From positions 14,260,001 to 14,324,000 of the forward strand of contig OZ296650.1 in assembly GCA_965655095.1 (NCBI GenBank): DNA of 64,000 bases. Reading direction: 5' to 3'. Positions within the stretch are counted from its first letter, which is position 1. The number at the start of each line of letters is the position of its first letter. The DNA comes from Haplodiscus bocki (taxonomy: Eukaryota). Below, piece after piece: positions 1 through 11,739 of the stretch. The position numbers and the translations under genes are program-made. The notes under the pieces were generated by a model, which had not been told where the DNA came from, did no database searches, and saw only the letters and a program-made list of their open reading frames with translations.

Positions 1-1149
1 GACATACAATTCGCATAGAAAGCTTGTGGTAGGTTGTTATTGACGATCTTGGCAACCGCTACAAGAACTAAAATTTTGGAATTTTTGTCCCACCTACGAA
101 ACGGTTTTCAAAAATTGTCTAAGTGTCCCCACGGCTGCTTTATCCAGAAAAATATCCCGTACGCGGATAACAGTACAATGAACCCCACCAACACTTCCTG
201 GGAATCTGAGAAAGTAGAGGAACTGATCATTCGATGAGTCACTTCCAATTTTTGTGAAAGCAAAGCTGGAGCGAAACAGCTGTGAAATTGTGCCGTTAAA
301 CGAACTCGATACCACTTCAACAGACACAACAAGGCTGTAATGAAGTGGCAAGTGCAGTGTATACTAAGGGCAATATCGGGAATATAAAGGGATCTCTCGC
401 CAAGGTTCTTGAACGGAAAGAGGCTCGAGGTACTCCACAAAATAATAGACTCATGAATCGGGAACTTTCAATTCTCAAACTGAAAAGTGCATTGAGTTGA
501 CTGAAAACAAGAAAACAAGAAAACTGTGAACCGATTACCATCCTGAGTGAGTCATTACCACAAATAAACTTAGAAGGTAACAGTTTTGCACGCGTCAATG
601 CATAGCATGAATTCATGCACACGTCGTTGTCTGTCTGAAGAAGGCTGGAAAAATTAGGTGATCTTACTCTGTGCCACGTTTCAGCTCCTATGCTTCAGAT
701 GGTGGTGAACAACATGGTTCCACCCTGCTTGTGACATCAATTTCTCCCAGAGCAAGCTAGCTTCAGGTGAAGTCAATCCCTGGATGAACTTTTTTTGAGA
801 TTCACCGTTATTTTTCTAAGATCGCCGGTAATTCCGCTGATACCGCCGTTAATCTGTTAAGGCGCGCCCTTTTCGTAGAACTTCTGTTGAGAATTGAGGT
901 TGATCGACGCTATTTTCTAACGAAAAGCCGCTATTCCGGTCGATATCTTGCAAAAAAACGCCTGTATATTTTTTAGAACTGATGCATAAAAAGTGTACCT
1001 AATCGAAAAACCAGATTCCCGCAAAAAAAACAAAAGATCTTGAAATGTTTTTTGTTCTAAAACAGACGCTATCGTATACCAAAATCTTCGCCTAGAAAAG
1101 TCCGTGAAAATAATGGCAAGACCCAGTTTGATAGGGGAAAACAGACATT

Positions 1150-1900
1150 CGGTTTCATCATCTCCAACTGTATTTCTGGCAGTGAAGATTGGTCAACAAC
1201 TTAATCCCCGTTTTTTCCTTCTGAGAAGCTAAATTTGTCTTTTTAAATTCAAGAAGTTTTTTCTATTCAATCCGATTTTGCATTGTAGTTTGTTTAAAAA
1301 CCGAGCGATGTTGGTTTTGCGATATCTGTTTGCTATCGAGCAAATTTTGGGCTCCTGTGGATGGCATTACGCTAGTGCGATATCTTATATTGCGCTGTTT
1401 TCAGTTCAGTTTGATCTCTTTTTCTTGAAATCTCGATTCCGTTATGGGTTCTTGGTGTCGTGTCCTATCGAAGCCACGTTTTCGTCGTGGATTCTATCAA
1501 CTGGGCTATTCTGCAACCAGAACTTGAAAACTTCCAGTATCAATTATAAGGGCTCCTCTTTCCATAATCTAAAAAATTGTTTGTGGAAGAGAACATTGTC
1601 CGATATCTTTATTTACTTTTTGTATTCTTTTGATCAACACGTTTTGTCTTTTTAGATGTATTGAGTATTTTCCATCTTGTTCGATATCGGAATCCAGTTG
1701 TTTGATTTTCAATTGGGAGTCGTTTTCTTGATATCTCTATTCTATTTAGCAGTTTTGGGGTCCTCCGCAAGCCACGTTTTCGTCGAGGATCCTGTCAAGT
1801 GGGCTATTTTTGTGCCCACAAGATGACAGTCTCCAATTTGAAATATAAGGACTCCTGTTTCCATCATCTGCAAACTGCATTTACGTTTTTTATCCTTTTG
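1150..1900 (-). repeat. Degenerate tandem-repeat array, probably the same ~175-bp family as at 26-28 kb and 59-60 kb, in reverse orientation
   Basis: Diverged duplicated blocks (aagccacgttttcgtcgtggattctatcaactgggctatt at ~1471 and aagccacgttttcgtcgaggatcctgtcaagtgggctatt at ~1769). The reverse complement (tatggaaagagg...ttttcaagttctggttgcag) resembles the 59.5-kb units (tatggaaagaac...ttttcaagtcgagttggccag). Confidence 0.45.
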
Positions 1901-2927
1901 ACTACCTAGTTGAGCAAGTCCAAAATTGAAAAGTTTCGCTGTTAATGTTGAACGACAGCGGCGAAGAAAATATCAGCGAATTTCTGCTAAACTTGTGGCG
2001 ATTAGAAGTCCACCGTTATTTTTCTAAGATATAGGTGGTAATTTATGGGTGGAAATTTCCTAAAAAAGACTGTAGTGGCTGTTATTTTTCTGCAAAATAC
2101 CGGCGTTTTCGCGTTTTTTCGCGCCGATCCGTCATTATCGGAGAAAAATTTCAGCCAAGATTTCGACCCGGGCTGCACTTTCCACCTAGAATGTCGTTTG
2201 ACACAACTGCGCTCTATTGACACCATTTCAAGCCAATCAGTACTGTGAAGTTGTTTTCCTCGACGTGCGTGCCACCAAACGCAAAGTGTGACAGAAGGGG
2301 AAGGAATTGAAACTGAGCAGAAGAAGAGACTCTCTGATGAGCATGAACGCAAGTCGTGACTCCGTGCTTTGTTTAGCCAGCGAAGAAAGAAAAACCTTAT
2401 ATCTTTGAAACGATGTAGCACGAGCATCATCATGCTTGTTTTTAGTCTCTATACCCGCTGATCCCACTCCTCAACTACGTCAAACAGGTACGCTTACGCC
2501 TACGACCTGTCAGTTGGAACTTCTGGTAGAACTGAGACAGGAACGACAGGAACATTAAGGCAGGATTTGGGGAAAATACTCTCCTTTTTGCCCAGCTGCA
2601 GATTTAAAATGAACCAAGCGGAGACGCTGTGCACATCGAATTAAAGTTTGACAAGTCTTTGAAGTTCAGAGACCAGATGCAAAACCCTAAAAAACTGCAT
2701 GGCCATTACGACTTGATCTGTAATCTGTAGAAGAACTATCTGGTTGAGGCTCTGAAGGCAGAAGAAGAACTGGCTGGCGCCTTTATACTGCTGAGTTTTG
2801 ATCTTCTGTTTGAGCCACTGAACTATACTATGCTGCGAAACACTGAACATCGGATCACGTATGCCACCTACGTGTCTCCTAGTTTTCACTGTAACCTGTG
2901 TAAAGATCAAGAGCTACTTTTGACTGA

Positions 2928-2959
2928 GAAGAAGAAGAAGAAGAAGAAGAAGAAGAAGA
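2928..2959. repeat. (GAA)10 microsatellite, the likely 3' tail of the minus-strand LINE
   Basis: Directly visible and adjacent to the LINE 3' end. Confidence 0.9.
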
Positions 2960-4170
2960 TGTTTATTTATTGACGATAAATAAACCATATCTCAAAGAGA
3001 ATATAAAATAGAAATCGCCAAAAGTACGCAGAAAAAGCTTCTCGGCTCGACAAATAAAGTTTATTCGTCTTCTACGGGTGTTTATATCCGAGGGGCTGAA
3101 AATTCCGGTCACGAAATCGAATGGCGATTTACCTCTCAACTGTCGGATCAATTCACATAAGAGTTCGACAACATACATTTCATGTTTTGTCAAAATTTGA
3201 CGATTATCATACACATTCTGCAGCCAGTCCGTCTGTTTTCTTAAAGAAGACTGCTCTAAATGTTCGTCTTTGAAATTTTTCAGTTGGATCTCAATTCGTT
3301 GTTGCTGTAGCGCCATATTTCATTGAGCCATAGGTAATAATTGGTTTGGCAAGGATTTTATAGAACAAAAGAAGACATCTCATGGGGGTAAAAACGCCTC
3401 TCTTCATACATGAAACCACAAAATTAATTCAGTTTCTAGGTTACGTGACCAACATGATCCTTGAAAGCGAGTTTTCCATCAACTGTTACACCTATATATT
3501 CATAATGATTTCCAAGGGAAACTTTGTTGCCAAATGCTTCCCTGCCCAAAAGTTTAACACCTGCAACACAAATATACACGCATTTTCTTGTATTAAATAT
3601 TAATTTACTCAGATCAAACCATTTTCTCATACTTTGAATATCATTCAAAAATTCAATCGCCGCATTCAGGCCAATGTTGTCCACAGTTGTATCACCTGCG
3701 GAGAGTGATATCATGCTCTGATTGCATTGTTCAGAGAAAATGTTAAAATAAACCGGGAAAAGAAATGGTCTGAGAACAGATCTTTGTGGAACTCAAATTT
3801 TTAAAGGTAAAAATGGTTGATTTGTTTCTATTCTGCAATACATATTTTTTCCTATACGACAGATAAGTCTAAATGATGCTGAAGTTTGGTCCCTCAAAAC
3901 TGTGTCTGTAGAATTTCTCCAATAGGACTGCGTGATCTAATGTATCGAAGGCAATGTTTAAATTAGAAAAACACGTACTGTCAGATCGTCTTTTATTAAT
4001 TGCACTTCTTAGGTTTTCATCCATTTCAACTGTTGCATGATTACAACTCATTGTGCTTCGAAATCAAATTTGGGTTGTCGAATAAAGCTTTTGTTTGCTG
4101 AAAAATTGTACAATAGTTCCAGCTACGACACGCTTTTCAAATGTTTTGTTTAGGAGTTAGATAAAAACAA
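2928..4170 (-). mobile_element. 5'-truncated, degenerate CR1-group (L2/Crack/Daphne-like) LINE: RT C-terminal half with a (CTT)n tail
   Basis: Minus-strand RT motifs CFSNLNIAFDTLDHAVLLEKFY (3869-4051), GVPQRSVL (~3775-3795), SAGDTT (decayed YADD) and YEYIGVTVDGKLAFKDHV (3436-3714). The element ends in aataaa followed by (ctt)10. Confidence 0.8.
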
Positions 4171-4884
4171 GAAACCCTCTGGAAGACTTTCAGGAACACA
4201 TAGGAATCGATGAAAGTTTCATGATTTCTATCTCTAGCCGGTTCAGCCTTTGTGTTGAAAATTTATTGTCCTCCAAGTTTTCCTTCTCGTATAGTTAGCT
4301 ATTCTTCGATTAATAGAATTTTTATGGCTGACAGGTTGAATCTTTGAGCTTCTTGTAGCCCTCTGTTATCAATTTCGGCTTTAGTGTGCCTTTCTTGTCA
4401 CCCTCTTCCCCACCTGCAATTCGAGCTTGCTATATTCGTTTGACGACCAATCAAAAATGTGTGCGAAAACTGTCCACTGAATTTGGCGTCATAAAGCAAT
4501 CAGAGATGTAACGTTCCTTACTTCTAGATCGGCAAACATTGCACCTGGTCTGGAACCTGTATCAATACTTCCAAATTGGCAGCTGAGTCCGGCAGACATT
4601 GTGCTATCGTTTTGGTCTCGAGGAAAAACTGTCATTATTGATGTCAACGACGAAGCCATTTTCATGCCGCAATTTTCTAAAGAAGCTCAAAGGAATGTGA
4701 CCTTCAATCGAAACGTTCGAAGGAAAAAAGATCTTACCAATTGTACGAGTTTGTGAAACGGCCGGTTTGGTTCCCCAAACAGTTGCGCTTGAGACAAGTA
4801 ACGGAACTTTCGTTCTCCTTTGCGCTTCCGGCAGTCACTTTCGTTTAAACGTTTCAGTTAAAGTCTCCCCCCCCCCCGACCAGG

Positions 4885-5332
4885 AACCTCGGCCGTTGAC
4901 TTTGTGAGAATTTTTTGCTTTTTTGCGCTCGTATAAAATACACCGCATTACTGGATTGAATCGAGAAGGTTTAGGTAATATGTTTGAGCATAAAAGTTGG
5001 AGCTTTTTTGCTTTAAAGAAAATACCTGTATTGCACGGCCGTAATCGATCATATCACTTGTTTTTCACGTCTTGAAATACTTTGTTGAGAAATCATTAGC
5101 AAAAAGAACTTGAAAATGCCTAAGATTATTTTTGTCCAATCGTTGTGATTGGCTTACCATCACTGACATATGCATAAACATGATGGCTACTATAGTGAAA
5201 TTATTGCAATGTGACATTTTTCGCGGGATTCACAGCAGAAACTTTTTCCAAAAAAAACACGGCAAGTCACGTGCGCCGGAAATCTTTTCGCAATTAAGCA
5301 CTGCAAAAAACACCATGGCTCGATTGAGTCTC
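4885..5332 (+). repeat. Dispersed non-coding repeat (~440 bp), copy 1
   Basis: Colinear with 8676-9110: both start aacctc(g/a)gccgttga, share ggccgtaa..gatcatatcact.gttttt and aacttgaaaa, and end in ttgagtctc. Confidence 0.8.
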
Positions 5333-8284
5333 AGAAGACAGTCACAGTGCATTTATAGGATACCTTCCGACGACAAAGAGTTCAACGGCTCTCTTTTAGC
5401 GGAAATTTTGGTGAAGTAAGTTGAAAAGTTCATGTCAACTTGACAACACCCGGATGGTGTGACTGTAAAAGTCCGAACAAACAATTTTTTTGCCGCACTC
5501 AGTAAGAACACGAACAATCGACTACACCCGAGGAACCCGAACGTTGTATCTCACATATCAACCAATACGGAACAACTATAACCAATGCAGCAACCTTGCA
5601 GAACTAATGGAGGACAGAAAGTGATGTTGTCACATCCAGGAGCAAACAATTCGTTAGATCCGACATTTTCCGATGTCGGTAGCGACGAAGGCTGACAGGC
5701 CACCAGAGAAACCTGCCAACACACATAAACATAACTGGATCAAACGAAGAACAGCTATAGCCCCTCCCCCGAGCATGCAGCACCTCAGCCCAATGGGCCC
5801 GCACTTCCGCTTTTAAAGAAGCACCCATGGAGTGGCATGTTCACATGAGGGAAAAACTGAGTTGTCTAGATGTCTTTAAAACTACGTAATTACGTCTATG
5901 ATTTATATGTAGGAAGCAGCTATAGTATGAAAGGTCTTATCGCAAGTTCTGTAGCAGAAAAAAGCACAAAGGTATGAATGAAAGTTTGTCAAATTACTTT
6001 CCATCTTCTCCTCCGATAAGAATGCAACTATATTTTTTTATTACAAACTTTGTAGTATGAAAAACCGAAGTTTGCTGAATTTCTCATAAATTAGCAGCTA
6101 CATAACAACAAAATCAATGGTGTAGAAAAACGTGAAACACAAACATAACTGGTGCTAGATACTGACTGAAGCTCAAAGGTGGAAGCAGATATTAAGGGCC
6201 CAAAAAACACCGGTAAGGATCCACCAGAAACCTGCAATTTATACATGTTCCCTCTGTATTGCAGTAAGTCAGCTAAACAGACTGTAAATGTGCTGCATCT
6301 ACGTCACAACGGAAAACATTCACTCCCATGTTTTCAGTCCACCAAAAACTCTGCAGCAGGCAAACACAAAAACTCTCAACAGTGGAGAGACCAGGAGGGA
6401 TTAGCAGTAGATAAAACACAAGCAGATTGGAATCTGAAAAGATTAACTTTTCACATCGCTATCCATCCGTCGAGATGGAGAACAGTGAAAAATGCCCTGC
6501 GAATGGACCGCCGACAAAAACGGATGGATAAAACACGCATCAGTAAGAAAACAACATAACAAATCGATTTTAGTCAGAAGGCCAGGGCGCACTAGAACTC
6601 AGACATTTCCCGATGTCTGAGAAGGAAAAAGGACTCTTCATAATGCCACGGTGCACAATTTTTTATATACATGTAAACAGGCACTTTCCCTTGTATGAAC
6701 AGGAACCGCTCGGATGTATTAGCTTTAGGATATTTTCCGAGGTCCCAGATGGACAGTGACAGTAGCAGTACATAACCGAACTAGTTGATACAGAAAATAT
6801 CTGATGTGTCTGCGTTTATTTATATACCTCGAAGAACTAGCACACGGCCATTCTCCCATGGAAATCGCAGAATGCCCCACACGTCTTCCCGTGAGCTTTT
6901 CAACTCAATTATTTTTTCTATTTGCCATATTTGAAGCTTATTTTTATTGATTAACCAGATGTTGACGCCATATTCAACTAATGCAAAACTTGCGCTACAA
7001 TTTGTATATGTTTCATGCATTTGTCACTCTAGCGGCGGAATTGCGCGTCACTCACTAGTCATTCGATTAACAGTTAGGCTTGCGAACCAATAAGAGCTCG
7101 CCGATAGTAAAAATTGCGTCTTAGCATTGGTAACGTGGCCGCGTAAATCCGTCCGCGAAGAGACAAAACTTCAACACTTTATTAACTTGCGTTAACCAAA
7201 ACTAGAGACATGGCACTCAGAACCTAGACATACTCGTTTAACTTACTGCACCTTACTCTTGAAAAACTGTAAACGTTCGAGCATTTTAATTTCATTTTTC
7301 TTCTATACATCGCTTTACATCCGTTTTAGCTTTTCAGCTTCTAAAATAAATATAACACACAATTAAAGTAACGTATCGGTCGGAATACACTATTTTACTT
7401 TCCGTCGGTTAAATGAGCTGTCCCCTCGAGCATAGAACACTTAGAATTGGAAACTATTGCTATCTAAAACCAGTCCAAAAATGTCCGCGCGTGAAGAATA
7501 GCCAATGGAAGCATCCCAACCTCCCACGTCCGAGCAAGTCGACGAAGCCAGCAGGGCATTCTCCCCCAACTTGGTCAAAGATACGATAACAGCCAATTTG
7601 GAACCACTGCACGCCTAGATTAGTACTCTTACTCAAATGAATAAATAATGCTGGACAACTCGGCAAGGTTAAATCCAACGGCAGGTCACCGCGATCGTCG
7701 AATTCCGTCCGAATCCCGACTTACAGACGGGCCGGAAACTTCCAGATCCCAACCATTGGAGTCATTAGTGACCGCGCGATACTCACGCGACACCGATTTT
7801 CAGCAATAAAGTAGTGACTATTTTCGGTGTTATGAAATTTCAAAATAATATACTTGAGAAAAAAGAAACATTAATCCGTTCCGCGGGGCAAACGCTTCAA
7901 GAAATATTTAGAAAAGTGCTCAAACACAAAAGTTCTTCGCAGCCAATTTTAAATTGTTTTCTGACGCTTAGCCACAGTATCCGGCTAGTTAGTATGAAGT
8001 GGACAAGGGAGTCTGCGTAATAATGGCAAAGTCCAGAGAAAGAAAACGGCTCTGCGCTGCCACAGAATTGGATGAACGTTTGAAGTGCAAAGTTTTGGTC
8101 TAAATAATACGATAACGTTAATTTGCAACGTTTGTAGTAACATAATATGGAACGCATCTCAAGACTGAAGCAGCAATCGATCTTCTTCGTATACAAGTCA
8201 ATTATTATACCAGTTTTGATATATTCTTGACAGTGCAGGTCAAACAACCGTACAACAACACAAGTGTTAAAGTATCTAAGAACG

Positions 8285-8464
8285 AGTACTAAAATAGGGA
8301 GAAAATGGAAAAAAATTAGCTGTAGAGAACAAGCCATGAACAAAGGCAAGCTTCAACTAAATTTTCACCAGCAGCTGCTGGTAAAAATTTAGTTGAAGCT
8401 TGCCTTTGCTTATGGCTTGTTCTCTACAGCTAATTTTCTTCCATTTTCTCCCTATTTTAGTACT
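8285..8464. repeat. 180-bp spacerless, near-perfect palindrome
   Basis: agtactaaaatagggag...caccagcag|ctgctggta...ctccctattttagtact, centred at 8374/8375, with 4 mismatches across the 90-bp arms. Confidence 0.97.
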
Positions 8465-8675
8465 TAGTGGCTAGCCACTTAGCACCCGATGTCTTTCAAA
8501 AGTCACACATCTGAAGCAGCAAAGGAAACGAGATTTTTTATTTTCTACGGCAGCAAACAGACGCGATAAGATTTTTGAAATACTGACTTAGAAAAGAGCT
8601 AGATCCAGATTCTCGTTTCACTTCAAAACATCCAGAGTTGTTGCTTGAAAATTTCAGATGAATTAACCCATGAAA

Positions 8676-9110
8676 AACCTCAGCCGTTGATTCTGTGAGA
8701 AAAAATTGTTTTGTGCGCTGGTGTAAAATAGGCCGCCTTGCCGAGATGAATCAAGTGAATTTATGTTATACGTCAGAGCGTATTGGATTCAGCGTTTTTT
8801 TTTCAAAACGTGCACATAGTATGGCCGTAAAGGATCATATCACTAGTTTTTGCTTCTTAAAAGATTTCGCTGACAAATTATTAGCGGAAACAACTTGAAA
8901 AAGCCGAAACTTTTTTTGAGCCCAACGCTTTAATGGATTACCACCAGTGACATGTGCAAAAGATAGGTGCCTAATCTAGTAAAATTGATACGATATGACA
9001 TCGGCAAAGGAACAGCAGAAAAATTTAAAAAAAACCTCTGAAAGTCATGTTTGCCCAAAATTTTCTCACATTTATGGCCTACAAAAAACACTTTGGTTCA
9101 TTTGAGTCTC
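8676..9110 (+). repeat. Dispersed non-coding repeat (~440 bp), copy 2
   Basis: Diverged direct copy of 4885-5332. Confidence 0.8.
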
Positions 9111-9149
9111 TGTATTAACAAATTACAGAAGACAATCTGATGGCATTTT

Positions 9150-11467
9150 TTGAGATCAAACTCCACAGAGTGTGTCTGGCAATCTTGATAGGTATAGTGG
9201 TGACCTACACCTGGAATTCAGTGCTATGGGTCAGATTTGGTGACCCGCATCTAGAATTCAGTGTTATGGGTCGGATAGATGCCCCTGGGGCTGGTTTGTT
9301 TATTGTGCCACTTAAAGGCAGCTGTCATGTGCTCGCGGAGGCATTCAGCAGCTACTCGGGCAGTGGAGATCGGCAAACACTAATTGAGTACCCAATCCTC
9401 GACCTGCGCTTTTCAAGCGGTGTTTGCAGCGGACTACCCTGAGCGTTTTTGTTAGCTTAGATCCTTTTTCGACGAGAGATTTCATCATCAATCGGCTGAT
9501 AGGAGTTGAAACTATGCATTGGATGGCCTCTCGTTCCACCTTCAGGAGAGCCATCATCACACAGGATCTGACCATGCCACGTCTTGTAGACATTGCGACG
9601 AACTTCACTGGAGTGTGGCCATTAAAAGTCTCGTATCTCAAGCAGATGGGACGTGAAGATGACGGCGGCAGTCTTGTGGTAAGGTCTTCTTATGTGATTC
9701 GATTCGATAGTATCTTGGACTCGTGTGTATTATTTTTCTGGTATTTAGAATTAAGGAATGGCTGGTTATTTTTACTTCGACCAAATAGCCTGAAAGAAGT
9801 TACACTTTTTCCACATGCTGCTTGGACTCTGTAAATACCTTTTTGTGTATCCTCATGCTACATATATTTCGGTCATGTGGGTGTTCCGGATCGGCTTTAC
9901 TAAAGTTTTTATGAACACACTAGTATGGTTCCCCATTTGTTCCACTTTTGCCACTAACGGCGTCATAATGAAGTGTTGAGGGTTTTTGGTAATATCCACG
10001 TTCCTTCCATATCTGTTTCGTTTTCTTTTATTCAAGTCCCCAATACTTTCGTCCACATCCAGTCCGCAACTGACTAAGGATATCAAGCATTTGGTGACTT
10101 GGCATGTTTCCTGTACTGTCTACTGCAGAAACTAAACCGCAACGTTCATCGTCGCTTCTTGTGGAGCAATTGGAGAAATTTATCGATTCTAGTCCATCAA
10201 AAATTCCTGCCATAGAAGAAGAGAACTTTTTTCAGGAACCCAGGTCTTGGTAGCTCTTGACAAAGTTGGCGTCTACTATTTCAAGAATGAAATCCTGCTT
10301 GATGCCCGCGGTTTTCTGCAAGAAATCCTGAATTCCGTGCTTTCCATTGTGGCTGCGTGTCCAATCACTCGTGGTCCAGGGATTGAGTCGCTTCTGTTAG
10401 GTCATTTTGACTTGTGGCAAAAATTATGAAAGTCCTAAGATCTTCATTATGCACTTACACGGGCTTCAAGAAAAAGGGCGGATCAAGTGCAATGAGGAGG
10501 AAGCTTGCCGGGCCGTTTACCAGTCATTCGTACAAGAACAGCGACAGTTGGAGTGAATTCCGACGAAGAGCCGCCCTGACGTAAGGAGACTCCTCTCTTG
10601 CTGTTATTCGCAAGCTGGTATTCGTGCTCACAGTTACTTGTATGAAGTAAGTATTGTGTCCAATCAAGTGGGGTATGGCTTTGCCGTGTATTTGGGTAAT
10701 TCACTGGATCAACCGTGTTTTTCAGGTGTTTCAGTTAAAACCACATGCAGTTTTCGAGCCATTGACGTGCGACAAAATTTTTTTGGTTCGTCTGGATCGG
10801 TATCCGTTCCAGACAAGGATTTAGGAAGTGTCTTGCTTTGAGTACAAGATTTCGTGATGAGTCCGTAGTTCGCCCGCAGACACTTCCTTCTGAGTCTGAT
10901 CTTTTAATGATCTATGAAGCTGCGGCCATTGCTGATAGCGTCATCAAAAATGCCGTTTATGCTCCAAAGTGCCATGTGGAGACAGTATTTGCAGTTCAGA
11001 TATCAGTTGATGTTAGTGCTTGCTGGGATCAGATTAGTCTCTGTCGACTACCGCTAAATATATAAACGAGCGATGGTTCCATGGTGGGACTCCTGGAAGC
11101 GAAGCATCCTTGAGGAGACGGGTAGGGATCATTTTGAGGAGGGGCATCTCAAACATGGGCACGTTAGCGCATCTGCTCTTAGTCTTCCAGGACCCAGTAA
11201 GATTCGTGCTTCCCTTGGCAAACGGAAAAGGAAGATTACTCACAGCCCTTGGAAATTGACCCAGATATTTCAAGTTGTGATTCTTCCCGTGACGCTCCGA
11301 AAACAATCGTTGGTCGTTGACACCAGTTTTATTGACGCATAAGAATCCCAATTTCTCCATAGTGTATCACGGAGGAAAAGGCAAGATCGACGTGCCGTGC
11401 CAGATTTGCAGATGAGTTTTCCGTAAGAACAATATGCGTTGACATTGATTTGCCCTTTAATTGTCAT
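9150..11467 (-). pseudogene. Degenerate coding-like region immediately 3' of Gypsy pol (possible extra, env-position ORF)
   Basis: A chain of minus-strand ORF fragments (11467-11270, 11360-11034, 10704-10483, 10213-10028, 9641-9345) begins ~270 bp after the pol stop. GC content looks higher than in the flanks. No recognisable domain. Confidence 0.35.
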
Positions 11468-11739
11468 TCTATATATACATTTGCTAGTGAGTTTGAAGTG
11501 AGTTTGTAGAGTAATCTGAAGTCAGCTTCGTGAATATAATATATTCTGAACTCAGTAGTAGCAATCATGTTTTAAAGCAGTTAAGACTGAGTAGCAAGTG
11601 GGTTGCACACCAGGGAGTATCCACAAAAATCCAGAAAGAGATTTGGTAAGTGATACGTATCGATTCCTTAAAACGTTCCTATGTTTTTTAGAAACTGAAA
11701 GCATGCATTTCGTCGAGTATACTTGGACAGATCAGAAAC

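Noticed and set aside
30-620. Possible LINE endonuclease remnant (CPHGCFIQKNIP resembling HGGVLI)
   Set aside because: A single weak motif; too decayed to support.
4200-4860. Possible gag-protease remnant on the - strand (IDTGS)
   Set aside because: Only a short motif with no supporting downstream domains.
7897-8349. 150-aa minus-strand ORF with a hydrophobic start
   Set aside because: It starts within the palindrome and has no motif; likely chance.
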